Positions 1 to 10,433 of a DNA stretch of 64,000 nt are shown here, one piece after another (within the stretch, counting starts at the first letter, position 1; each line of letters starts with the position of its first letter). Below the pieces are notes generated by a model. That model had not been told where the DNA came from. It saw only the letters and a program-made list of their open reading frames with translations, and made no database searches. The position numbers and the translations under genes are program-made. This stretch comes from Candidatus Latescibacterota bacterium. GTDB taxonomy: Bacteria > Latescibacterota > UBA2968 > UBA8231. The stretch is from contig OZ253462.1 in the NCBI GenBank assembly GCA_965261395.1, positions 6,400,001-6,464,000 of the forward strand, in the 5' to 3' direction.

Positions 1-161
1 TCGCGGGCTACCATGATGATCGTGTCACCTGGACGAGCATGATTAAGCGCCCGTTGCAAGGCCGTTCGATCTGAGGCTGGCTTCTCGATAGCATTACTTT
101 GGTCTGCCACGAAAAAGGATAGTGCCAGACAGAATGGTATAATCATTGCGACATCCCTCAT
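1..161 (-). CDS. Secreted protein, N-terminal fragment running off the window; possibly a beta-helix (pectin lyase-like) fold
   Basis: Manual translation: MRDVAMIIPFCLALSFFVADQSNAIEKPASDRTALQRALNHARPGDTIIMVAR. Signal-peptide-like start and an LQxALxxAxPGDTI motif typical of beta-helix N-termini. Confidence 0.55.
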   Translation of the reverse strand, partial: MRDVAMIIPFCLALSFFVADQSNAIEKPASDRTALQRALNHARPGDTIIMVAR

Positions 162-505
162 TCCTTGCAGATTTGATGACCTATGCTGAGTTGTGGTGTC
201 TTTTCTGCACCAGTGGTTTGTCTTTTCCTATCAGCCCGTATCGGGGGCGACGGGATGGGCCTGCTCTCAAACCCAACCTAAGCCGCCCACGCCGTCGCAC
301 AAAGCGCCAAGCACCCGGGGGGGCCGCCGTCGATTCGCGCTTGAACGCCCTTAACCTGCTATCCTATGGGAACAAGCGAGTGTAGCGGCTCCTCGACGAC
401 ACATATAGCACCAACCCGTGCCGCGAGTTGGCCGCCTCTCTTGAACCGCTACGCTCTGGTTGTTGCCCGCGCCGAGTTGGTGCGCTTTAGAGCGGAGCTT
501 TAACC

Positions 506-2394
506 ATGCAGCAAAAGCCCCCCTTTTGGAACGAATTGACCAAGACCAAGCGCGAGGCTTGGGACGCCCTCGAGAGGGCCAGCCGCGACAACTTGACCGA
601 GATATATCAAGCCAACTATGACCAGCACGGCCCCGACCGCGCCCTCGAGGTCGTGCGCAAAGCCCTCGACAACAACACCACCCCCGGCACTGAAACAGCC
701 CGAACCGACGCCCGGGCCCACCAAGAACGGCCTACTACTGACGAGCAGCTTGAGCAGTACCAACAGGAGCGCGAGCACGAGCGCGAAGCCAGAAAGCAAG
801 ACGTGTCCCGCCGATCAAAGGGTTGGGGCGAGGAAATCCCCACCCAGCGTGAGGAACGCTTGAGGCGTGAAGCCAAAGCCTCGACCGCCGATCGACACCA
901 TCCCAAGCCCGCCAACAAACCCAAGCCCTCGACAAGGCCCTGCTCGAAGCCACCAGCCCCACCGACGTGCTCGAAGCCCTTGCCCGTGTAGCTTGGGCCG
1001 AAGCGCACAACGCCGAGTGTCCCAACGAGCAGATACCCACCGAGGCCGACCTGTGCGGCTGGACTTGGAAGATACCCGAGGAGGACAAAGCCAAGGCCGC
1101 CGACCACGTGGCCGCTTTCTTGCCCCCTCTCGATAGCTACGACTATCACGACGGCGACCCGAGGGCCAACCGCTGGCAGTGGATACAGGTCGCAGACCCG
1201 GCTGGGCCAACCGAACCGAACCGCCTAGTCGTGGCCCTGATCGACGGCAATGGCGTAACGGGACGAGTAGCGTTTACCGCCTCGATCCTTGACGAAAAGA
1301 CCGGCGAGTTGGTCGAAGCACCCTTGATCCTCAGCTTGGAGCAGATGCAAACCACTTGGTGCAAGGTTCACCGCGATCGACTACCGCCTCACCCACTCGC
1401 GCCACTGGTCAGGGCATGGCAAGCACGGCCCAAGCCTGCCGATCCGTTCCGCCCGAAGAACAAGGCCAGCTTACCCGCGCTCCAACGTAAACCGAAGGAG
1501 CCCGACCAGCTCCAGCTTATCGAAACGCCCTATCTGATAGGACCACCGCCCGGCCAGCAGTTGGCCCTTGGCTGGCTACTCAACACCTACCGACGAGCTG
1601 GAGGGCCTGACAAGCGCCCAGGCCGAGGCGGTCAATGGGACTTGCACCTGATGGTTGGCGTACTCCTGTACACGGACATAGCCGACCGCGACGGCCAATG
1701 GCACAGTTTCGAGATACCGACTGAGGAGCTGATCCAATGGCTACACCCCCACCCCAACGGCTGGACCAACCGCGGCCGCGACTGGGAACGCCTTCCTGCA
1801 GCCCTGTACGAACTCAACAAGCTGGGCTGGATCGAGATTGAGGGGGTCGGGCTGGTACAGGTGGTCAATGCCAGTGTAATCCCCCTCACTCCCAAGGACC
1901 CATACGCTCAGTTTATAGTCCGGATCCCGAGCGCGGCCGCACACGGCGCACGGATCGACTAGCAAACCCTTTGCCACTATCGGTGTATATCCGGCCCGAT
2001 CTACCGTGCCTACCTGTCCGCTTGCGACCTCATGCACCAATCCGCGCGGGACGGCCAGCCCATCACTCGATTAATCGGCCAAGTGCTGACGGCCGAAGAT
2101 GGGACGTTTCGCCGCGGCAAAGGAGGCAAGCCCATACGGTCTAAAACCAAGATGGTGGACAATCCCGCCACTCGCTATGTGCGAGGATTGAGCAAATACC
2201 AGCTTGCTCAACTGATCGGAATCAATCCGGAGCCGCGAGAAAATCGCAGGAATGCGCTGGCAGCCTTCGAGCAGCTCGACGCGGACGGGATAATCGAGCT
2301 GCACAGGGACGGCCGAGGAAAGAACGAGCAATACCACATCTTTGGCCGGAACGTCCTGGTCGATGCCCAAGCGGACGAATTCATCAACCACTGA
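506..2394 (+). pseudogene. Degenerate replication-initiator-like (Rep-like) gene with C-terminal winged-helix; one frameshift near 900 and an in-frame TAG at 1960-1962
   Basis: ORFs 506-991, 967-1962 and 2032-2394 join into one frame. After ~900 the second frame reads QARQQTQALDKALLEATSPTDVLEALAR. RID*QTLCHYRCISGPIYRAYLSACDLMHQ continues in frame across the TAG. C-terminal LSKYQLAQLIGI...AFEQLDADGIIEL is wHTH-like. Iterons follow immediately. Confidence 0.55.
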
Positions 2395-2468
2395 CGCTTT
2401 GCTCACCAACCACTGACGCTTTGCTCATCAACCACTGACACTTTACTCATCAACCACTGACGCTTTGC
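2381..2468 (+). repeat. Four tandem 22-bp direct repeats (iteron-like), consensus TCATCAACCACTGACGCTTTGC
   Basis: Copies at 2381-2402, 2403-2424, 2425-2446 and 2447-2468 with 0-2 mismatches; the first overlaps the Rep-like stop codon. Confidence 0.9.
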
Positions 2469-3846
2469 ACCCTGCATTTTTGCCGCAACCTCAGTGAAGG
2501 CAAGCAGTTAGGGGAAAAGTCCGATTGTCGCCCCTTAATTACCCTTTCTTTCCCTTAACTACCCAAAGGTTAAGGGGAAGGAAGGAAGGGCTTGCGCTTG
2601 GGCCGTGGAGCGGCCCGCGCTGCCCTCTTCCTTGTCCCGATACCGCCCCGCCAGCACCACTCGCCGCCCTGCTCGCTTGCCCCACCCCGTCGAAGTCGTT
2701 CTCGACCTACCGAGCGCAGCCCGTCCGTCCGGTAGTCCGTCATTGACCCGCCGCGGCCGTGCTACCGTAGTGCCGTTGCGCGGCCGCGCTGTCGTTCGAC
2801 GTTCCCTGTCCGTTGCCCCGACTGGTTCCGACCAGCTCCAGGGCTTTTTGTGTGCTGAACGCGCTGGACGCGCTCAAACGCCGTCGAAGCGTTTTCACCA
2901 GCAACAGGCTCCGAACCAACCCGCCGCCGTCCGTTGAGCCTTGCCCCGAAAGAACCAGCCCGTCGAAGCCCAAACAACGCTGCTCAAACTATCTTCAGTA
3001 CTTCGCCGCGGCCGGCCTCTCAGGGGCCTTGATCCGCGCGCGAAAATTTTGGGGAATTCCTATTTGCCAGACCAGACCAGAGCTTCTAGAAAAAACTAGG
3101 GGCTGCCAGAACGCCAGCAACTCCCCCGGATACTCCTCATAAACGGCGTTATCGGGAGTATCCTAACGGCGGCCGCGTCAGGATTGGTCAGAGAGCGCCT
3201 GTATAGTCCACACCTCCAGGCGGCCCGTTGACCTGTTTTAACTAGTTATCTATTTTGAAGATAAGCAGCAAGACGCCCCGGCTAGAAGGCTTTAGCCGGG
3301 GCATCAACGGTCCCACTCGCGTTTGAGCGAACGCGACGGGCATCGACCACAGAAAGAATGGGGCTTTCAATGGCCAAATTTCCCCCAATATACCCGCGCA
3401 GTACCCCCATTGCAACTATGAGCTTGAGTAGCTTCGCCGTGGGAATGCCGTCCAATCTTCGTCGGCACCATCCTATGCACAATGGCTGGATCAGTTCCTG
3501 GCCGATTACTACCACTGAGGAGGGAGATAATGGAAAAAAAATGCAAGAATTAATGAACTTGGCGAGGCGAGACTAACGCGATAGGTTTTATTCAAAGAGG
3601 ACTCCACACGGGAGACCTCATAAAAGTAGGGGTGTCTATCCCCGAGTCAACCACTCATCTTCAGAAGGCCCTGCAGTGCAAAGAAGGCCCGACGAGGCGC
3701 CCGAAGAGGCCGCGAGACACCGCCTGGCCGAGGACTATCCTGGTGTGTTTTTTTAACTTGCTCGAAGGAAAGCCGTATTGTCCCCAGACAAAAGGGTGGG
3801 ATATTGAGTTCTGGGAAGGGCCTATAGTCTTCGTTGAGGATTGTGA

Positions 3847-4200
3847 TTGAGACTACCCAATGCACAACAGGCTCGCGTTGCTCCAGCGAAGATTACCGAC
3901 TATTTGCTTTCAGCAAGTCATCCAAAGGGTCGAGAAAAGGCTAACTTCTTTTCCCGCTTCGGCTTTCGCTCAGAACAATGGCAAATCTTTTCGAAGGCAT
4001 TACGAGTTCACGGAGAGAGCCATGAAGTTGTCGAGATTGAAGAAGGTAGCCACGGTATAATGTATGCTATAGAGGGATCGCTTGAGACTCCCAATGGACG
4101 CAACCCATATGTGCGGACTGTCTGGCAGATCGACAAGGGATGCGACCATCCTAGGTTCATTACGGCATATCCGGAGAGACAGATATGTTCAAGGAACTAG
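3847..4200 (+). CDS. DUF6883-family protein (putative nuclease/toxin domain)
   Basis: LPNAQQARVAPAKITDYLLSASHPKGREKANFFSRFGF...TPNGRNPYVRTVWQID...PRFITAYP matches DUF6883. TTG start with GAGGA RBS. Overlaps the next gene. Confidence 0.75.
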   Translation: MRLPNAQQARVAPAKITDYLLSASHPKGREKANFFSRFGFRSEQWQIFSKALRVHGESHEVVEIEEGSHGIMYAIEGSLETPNGRNPYVRTVWQIDKGCDHPRFITAYPERQICSRN

Positions 4201-7200
4201 ACGTTATAGCGCTTACAACCGAAATTCCGCCTGATCGCATTTGGGATATCCCACCTAGCAGCCCGCTGAGCGAGAATCGCAATCTGGGGGAAGGGCTGAA
4301 AGTCGGCGACACCGGCACGATTGTATATATACAGGGTAATGAGGAAGCCCTCGAGGTTGAATTTCTGGGCCCAGACGGTAACACAGTAGCCATTGCCACG
4401 GTCTTGCCATCGCAGGCCCGCCTAGCAGAGCAAGAAGACCTCACTAAACGATCTCCTCAGAAAGAAGCCGGGGACGACCACAGGAACTACAACGAGCAGG
4501 ATATACGGGTCGGGGCCCTCGTTCAGTGGACAAGTCGCCCGGAAGCGTATGGCGTCGTAGCAAAAATTGAGGCCGGCCGGATCCATGTCCGATGGGATGA
4601 CGACGAGAATATCCCCACCCAATTTGTAGAATCAGGCCCGCCGCTTACTAGAGTGAAGCTCCAAAGAAAAACCCTTCAACGGCGGTCAACAGGCGAAAAG
4701 GCCACCGTGCTAGCCCCATTGCAGGCCGAGAAACCGGCTTGGGAGTGCTTTGTCGAGGGAGGGGAAACCATTAACGTCCCGGAGGCCGACCTAAGGCCCC
4801 TGCGTATCACTAACCCAGTTGAACGACTTAAGGTCGGCGAGATCGGCTCACTCCAACAGTACCGGCTTCAGCAAGTGACTAGGTCGTACCAGACGCTCCA
4901 TCTCTACGACGACCTGATTTCTCTAGGGCAGGTTGGAGTAGATATCAAGCCACACCAAGTGTCTGTGGTTCACAAGGTGATTAGCAACTATCCACACCGT
5001 TTTCTGTTGTGTGATGAGGTTGGCCTCGGGAAGACAATCGAGGCGGGAATGATCCTAAAGGAACTGCGGGCAAGAGGTGGTGCTCGGAGAGTCTTGATAA
5101 TTGTACCTCCCAGCCTAGTTCGCCAATGGCAGTTCGAAATGAAGACAAAGTTCAATGAGATTTTCGCCGTACTAAACAGAGATACTGTTAAATTCTTGGA
5201 GAACCAAGGTGACACAGGTAATCCCTTCCTGCACAGAGATAGCATTCTGTGTTCATCGGGATGGATTGTCAATGACAGCTGGGCGAAGGCCTGTACCGAG
5301 GTGGACTGGGATCTTATCATCGTGGACGAGGCTCATCATGCGCGACGGCAAGCCTCAGGCGAAATGGTCCGACTCTATCGACTCGTCCGAGACCTCGCGG
5401 ATCCGGAACATTGTACCAGCCGCGGGGTACTTCTTCTCACGGCAACGCCGATGCAACTCCACCCTTATGAGCTCTATTCACTCATAGAACTCCTCGACCC
5501 TGCTCTCTTCCCATCAGAAGAGCACTTTGAAAAACATCGTCAAGAGATGCCCGGCCTTTCCCAGTTTGTCGAAGACCTAAACCGCCATGAATTTAGGTTG
5601 CCGACCGAAAGCCTCAACGGGACGACCGAGAAGGTAGCAAACTGGCTTGACTCTGATGTCGAAGTGGTACGTAAACGACTCTCCGCCGGCATAGAAGAAC
5701 AGAAAAAAATCGCGAACGAACTCGCCGACCGACACCTCCTCAGCGAAGTGTTGATTCGGAATCGAAAGAGCGTGGTTGGCGGGTTCATGCCTCGCGTCGC
5801 CAACCGCTGGGAGGTTGAGTTAACAACGGAAGAACGCACAGCCCTGCAAGCCGTGGAAGAGTATGTCCAATACGGCTTTCAACTCGCCGATTTACATAGT
5901 GATAGGTCTGCTGGTTTTGTGATGGTTGTATATCAGAAGATGATGGCCTCCAGCATCGCCGCCATCCGAGAGTCGTTGAGTAGGCGTCGAGAGAAAATCG
6001 AAGCTGGCATCAAAGCCTCTTGGTCTTCCACCGATGTTACCGAGCTTGAAGAAAGACTAGATGCTGATGAGGACGCGAGTGATGTCGCTGGATCTGCCGG
6101 CATCGCGACGAAAGCTGAACTATCTCTCCTTGACAAAGCTATCAGGGCACTAGGACAAGTGAAAAGCGATTCAAAGTCGCGCGTACTGGTCGAACGGCTC
6201 ACCGAATTGTTTGATGATAGCCCGAATGGAGAGAAAGTGCTCGTATTCACTCAGTTCCGAGAAACCCAGCGGCACCTTGAAGACCTGATCAAAGATCAGG
6301 GTTGGGGTGTCAATATTTTTCATGGGGGGATGAAACCAGAAGAAAAGGATCGTGCCGTAGAACTTTTTAAAAACGATACCGGGCCCCAAGTCCTCATTAG
6401 CACCGAGGCCGGAGGCGAAGGCCGGAACTTTCAATTCTGCCATCTGCTTGTCAACTACGATCTACCTTGGAACCCGATGAAGGTCGAGCAGCGCATCGGC
6501 CGGGTCGATCGCATCGGCCAAGAGCATACAGTTAAAATCTTCAATCTCTGGGCCAAAGACACAATCGAAGAACGCGTCCTGGATGTACTCGAAAACCGCA
6601 TCAAAGTATTCGAGGAGACTGTGGGCGGACTTGATCCTATCCTCGGCGGGACTGAGGGTGACATCAAGAAAATCATGCGGCTGGCGATGGAAAAGCGGGA
6701 ATCTGCTCATAAAGAGTTTGGCAAACGAGTAGAGGGCGATGTCCGCCGCGCCCGAGAAGCCGAGGGGAAACTGGGCGACTTCATCATGGACACAAAGTCC
6801 TTCCGACGAGAGATCGCCGAACGAATCGCCGGGAAGCCCTCGCCGATAACCGATGATGCTCTCGATCTATTCATCGGTCAACTCCTCTCCGACAAGCGCA
6901 CATACATCAAACCTCGGGGAAATATCTATGAACTGACTTTTCGTGGTGAATTCGTCGAGACTCACAAAGATTTATTCCCCGTAGGATTGAAACAGAAAGT
7001 AGTATTCCGCCCGGATCAAAGACCCGACGCCGAGGATGTTGAGTTCATGACTTTCGGTCACCCAATAGTAGATGCAATTGTTGCATCAGTCCTCAGCGAA
7101 AGCTACGGGGGCACAACCGGCACTCGTCGTATTCCCGCCAGCGATGATCTCTCACCCACTTCCGGGTGGCTCTTCAACTACCAGCTCAAGGTTCCTGGAC

Positions 7201-8015
7201 CTCAACCCATAGAACATTTCGTGCCAGTTTTTATAAGTGACGCTGGGGAAGTAGACGAGGAGATTGGTCGCAACTTGGTCCGGCGAGCGTGTCGATTCGA
7301 GGACGTAGAACAGGGGATAGAACCGGCTGACATTCCCGATAATCTTGGCCAGATATCTGAGCTTGCCGACCAGTTCATTAACTCCAAGCAGGAGACACTC
7401 CAACAGCAGGCTGAGAGTCAAGCCACTGAGCGAATTGATAGGGAAGTCGCTAGACTAGAGAAATGGTTCGACTATAGAGAAACCTCCGCCAGGGACAAAG
7501 TAGAAGCGACTCATTCCACAGTAAGCCGCTTTCAAGAGAGCCACGAAGCGGCGCATCGCCAAATCTTGCCCGCCTGGGAAGACAGGCTCAGACGAGACGA
7601 GGAACTGCTCAGCAACTTACCAAAAGATCGCCAACGCCGGATCGACGAGTTGGAAAAATATCGGTATCCACAAGTCGCTTGGGCCCTTAACTCCCTCGGT
7701 CGCATTGAAGTAATCGCTGGTGGCGAGGACTGTACCCAAACGACGGAGGATAAGCCGATGGCTACTCAAGACCAAATAGATAATCACCGAAGGGAGTTAA
7801 TCAACGAATTTTGTGGTTTGTTGACGCAACACAAAGATTTTGTCAATACGACCACGGATGAGATTAAGGATATTCTAATACATAAAAGAGACAAAGATCG
7901 TTTCTCAGAGGAGGATATGACCAGAGCGCTTAAAACTTTTTTGAGGAAGCAAAAAGGAGTAAGTCCTCTCCGTGTGAGGGATATGTGGGAAATTAAGCCG
8001 CCGTTGAATCCATGA
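4185..8015 (+). CDS. SNF2/RapA-like helicase with N-terminal DUF4926 domain
   Basis: N-terminus FKELDVIAL...GLKVGDTGTIVYI...LEVEFLGPDGNTVAIATV is DUF4926-like. Helicase motifs: LCDEVGLGKT, IVDEAHH, LTATP, EAGGEGRNFQ, NYDLPWNPMKVEQRIGRVDRIGQ. Confidence 0.85.
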   Translation: MFKELDVIALTTEIPPDRIWDIPPSSPLSENRNLGEGLKVGDTGTIVYIQGNEEALEVEFLGPDGNTVAIATVLPSQARLAEQEDLTKRSPQKEAGDDHRNYNEQDIRVGALVQWTSRPEAYGVVAKIEAGRIHVRWDDDENIPTQFVESGPPLTRVKLQRKTLQRRSTGEKATVLAPLQAEKPAWECFVEGGETINVPEADLRPLRITNPVERLKVGEIGSLQQYRLQQVTRSYQTLHLYDDLISLGQVGVDIKPHQVSVVHKVISNYPHRFLLCDEVGLGKTIEAGMILKELRARGGARRVLIIVPPSLVRQWQFEMKTKFNEIFAVLNRDTVKFLENQGDTGNPFLHRDSILCSSGWIVNDSWAKACTEVDWDLIIVDEAHHARRQASGEMVRLYRLVRDLADPEHCTSRGVLLLTATPMQLHPYELYSLIELLDPALFPSEEHFEKHRQEMPGLSQFVEDLNRHEFRLPTESLNGTTEKVANWLDSDVEVVRKRLSAGIEEQKKIANELADRHLLSEVLIRNRKSVVGGFMPRVANRWEVELTTEERTALQAVEEYVQYGFQLADLHSDRSAGFVMVVYQKMMASSIAAIRESLSRRREKIEAGIKASWSSTDVTELEERLDADEDASDVAGSAGIATKAELSLLDKAIRALGQVKSDSKSRVLVERLTELFDDSPNGEKVLVFTQFRETQRHLEDLIKDQGWGVNIFHGGMKPEEKDRAVELFKNDTGPQVLISTEAGGEGRNFQFCHLLVNYDLPWNPMKVEQRIGRVDRIGQEHTVKIFNLWAKDTIEERVLDVLENRIKVFEETVGGLDPILGGTEGDIKKIMRLAMEKRESAHKEFGKRVEGDVRRAREAEGKLGDFIMDTKSFRREIAERIAGKPSPITDDALDLFIGQLLSDKRTYIKPRGNIYELTFRGEFVETHKDLFPVGLKQKVVFRPDQRPDAEDVEFMTFGHPIVDAIVASVLSESYGGTTGTRRIPASDDLSPTSGWLFNYQLKVPGPQPIEHFVPVFISDAGEVDEEIGRNLVRRACRFEDVEQGIEPADIPDNLGQISELADQFINSKQETLQQQAESQATERIDREVARLEKWFDYRETSARDKVEATHSTVSRFQESHEAAHRQILPAWEDRLRRDEELLSNLPKDRQRRIDELEKYRYPQVAWALNSLGRIEVIAGGEDCTQTTEDKPMATQDQIDNHRRELINEFCGLLTQHKDFVNTTTDEIKDILIHKRDKDRFSEEDMTRALKTFLRKQKGVSPLRVRDMWEIKPPLNP

Positions 8016-8344
8016 GCGCCACTTGGTTGCACTGATGGTATTACTGTCGCCTGCCTCTGTTCAGTATAATCCCCCCGCGTTACAAGCAACGGCTGCTGGC
8101 TGCCGGTCGCCGTGATCGCGGCCGCTGAAAGGCAAAGGAAGACACTACCTCGTCCGCTGATCGCCCGATGGCCTATCCAGCGGCACGCCCCATAGGAAGG
8201 ATCGGTAATTTGTCACTTATCGTAGTCGTATGCCTGACGGCTCTCGTAGCAACCGCGCCGCTTTTTGCCCAGGAGAGGGAAGAGTCCGCCGCCGGTATCG
8301 AAGTTTCCCAGTGAAGCACTGTCCATTGGCCCGGAATTCAGTCT

Positions 8345-9434
8345 TATTGACCTCTGCATTTTTAAAGGAATAGTTTATATTCATTTATATGAGACCTAAA
8401 GGTAGTGCCGATCGGCTGGAATATCGTCGTCAATGGGCGGCTCAGTTGCTTGATGCCGGCAAAGGCGTCAACGAAGTAGCTCGTCTGGTCCAAGTCTCCC
8501 CTTCCTCGGTGTCTCGTTGGAAGTCGATGAAAGCGCAAGCCGGCGAGGCGGGACTCAAAGCCAAACCGCATCCGGGTCGGGGCTGTCAGTTGAGTCCCCA
8601 AGACAAGGATCAGTTGAAACAGCTTCTACTCCAAGGTCCCCAGGCGGCTGGCTTTGATAGCGCGCTGTGGACCTGTCGGCGTGTCGCGCAGGTGATGGCC
8701 CAAACGTTTGGGGTGTCCTATCATCCCGATCACGTGGGTCGTCTGCTGCATGGGTTGGGTTTTTCATGCCAGTATCCCCAGCACCGGGCGCGCGAACGGG
8801 AGGAGGAGGCCATCCGCCAATGGCGCTTAGTGGAGTGGCCGCGGATTAAAAAAAAGCCCGGCACCAGGGGGCGACCATCGCCTTGATGGATCAGAGCGGC
8901 TTCATGCTGCAACCCACCCGTCGTAGGACGTGGGCTTTGTCGGGTCACACGCCCATACACAAGGTGTGGGATCGCCACGATCGCTTGTCGGTTCAGGCCG
9001 CCGTTACCTTGCCGCCTCGGCGCCAGCGGTTGGGCGTTTATTTCCGAATGTATGAGCATAATATCGACCGGCAGGATGTGGTATCCTTTGTCGGTCATCT
9101 GCTGCGTATGATACGACGCAAGGTCGTGCTCATTTTGGATCGGTGGAGTGTCCATCGCGCCGCGGTGGCGGTATTGCACAAAAGGTATCCGGATCGACTC
9201 ACCATCGAATGGTTGCCCGCCTATGCACCCGAATTGAATCCGGCTGAACAGGTCTGGAATCATACTAAGTATGGCGATCTAGCCAACTTCATTCCAGACC
9301 ACATCGACGACGTAGCAGATGCGGTCTGCATGTCAATCACCGCCCAGCATCACGATAACGACCTGATTCGAGGCTTCTTCAAGTATGCACAACTTAAACT
9401 GTAAAACATTCCTTTATATTTGCAGGACTCAATA
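8345..9434 (+). mobile_element. IS630-family insertion sequence
   Basis: Imperfect ~27-bp terminal inverted repeats (TATTGACCTCTGCATTTTTAAAGGAAT / ATTCCTTTATATTTGCAGGACTCAATA) with TA at both ends, enclosing a two-ORF transposase. Confidence 0.9.
8389..9404 (+). CDS. IS630 transposase (HTH orfA 8389-8886 plus DDE orfB to 9404), joined by a -1 frameshift at the A8G run 8848-8856
   Basis: orfA has HTH/winged-helix motifs (VSPSSVSRW, WTCRRVA). orfB has DQSGF, LILDRWSVH and LPAYAPELNPAEQVW. Slippery ATT AAA AAA AAG lies at the junction and orfB is in the -1 frame. Confidence 0.88.
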
Positions 9435-9621
9435 GTAGAGCTTCATCGAAGAATGGATTCGCCTTCAACACCCTTTATCTAGGCGGTCGGGGTGCCTTCT
9501 CTCTGCGGGTCAACACGATGTCCGGGGCCTATGTCCTTGTACAGGGGGCTCTTTCGGTTGTAAACAATGGGGCCAGTACCGCTATATAATTGCTAATAAG
9601 CCCCTACCAGGAGAAATATAG

Positions 9622-9816
9622 ATGGAATGGTTAAAGAATATAGCTATTAATCTAAGAGCCACTGGCCCTGCTGCTGTAATAATAGTATGGCTTATATGCT
9701 CCACTGTATTAGGAATATGGGGTAATGGACCGCAAGCAAAAAACGCTATGCTGCTTATGTTTTTTGCGGGGGGTGGAATTATTATATCCCTATCTAGGAA
9801 AGTCAAGGATAGCTAG
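9622..9816 (+). CDS. Small two-helix membrane protein (64 aa)
   Basis: AGGAG RBS, AT-rich sequence, two hydrophobic segments. Confidence 0.6.
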   Translation: MEWLKNIAINLRATGPAAVIIVWLICSTVLGIWGNGPQAKNAMLLMFFAGGGIIISLSRKVKDS

Positions 9817-9939
9817 AGGCGGCATGTTTGTGTGCGCTGGTCTCCTTGGCAAAAACCGTGCCAACCACCCCTTATTTTTCGTACTCACCCACTACCCGAA
9901 ATTCAGCCGACACATCTAACCTAAAAAGGAGATTATCTC

Positions 9940-10416
9940 ATGGCACTCAGATTCAATACGTTGGTTCGGCACGACCGACCCGATATCACCGGCCTAGAGG
10001 AGGCCGCTGATTTCGTGCGCACAAAGACGGCTGATTTAGAGTCGATGGTGTTCATGTCTCACAAGACTGGCGACATCCATGCGGAGATAGAGGCAATGCG
10101 CATCGCTGAAAAGCACCACGTGCGGGTATATATGGCCGAATGGGACGAAAATGTAGTTGGCGACACAGACGAACTGCCCGACCAAATTATGGACGCTATT
10201 CAGGAAAGCGACGCATTCTTGGTCCATGTAATAGCTCAGATCAAAAACTCGATGTGGATTGGGTACGAAATTGGTGGGGCACACGCTATGAGCAAGGAGC
10301 GGGCCAGGATCATGCACACCAAGATAGATGATGATGATCTGATCTCCGTCGTGAGAGCCTTAGATCCCTTGGGTACTCCGTTTGAAGTGGACTCTTGGAT
10401 CAGACGCAACGCATAA
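9940..10416 (+). CDS. TIR-domain protein (ThsB-like)
   Basis: VFMSHK beta-A strand, IMDAIQESDAFLV, and NSMWIGYEIGGAHA carrying the TIR catalytic Glu. AGGAG RBS. Confidence 0.75.
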   Translation: MALRFNTLVRHDRPDITGLEEAADFVRTKTADLESMVFMSHKTGDIHAEIEAMRIAEKHHVRVYMAEWDENVVGDTDELPDQIMDAIQESDAFLVHVIAQIKNSMWIGYEIGGAHAMSKERARIMHTKIDDDDLISVVRALDPLGTPFEVDSWIRRNA

Positions 10417-10433
10417 TTGAGAGGTGGAATAGG

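Noticed and set aside
1960-1962. Pyrrolysine or amber read-through in the Rep-like gene
   Set aside because: The same gene also has a frameshift, TAG is one change from TGG, and many genes here use TAG as a normal stop. Decay is the simpler explanation.
2381-2468. CRISPR array
   Set aside because: The repeats are contiguous with no spacers and there are no cas genes; they fit iterons.
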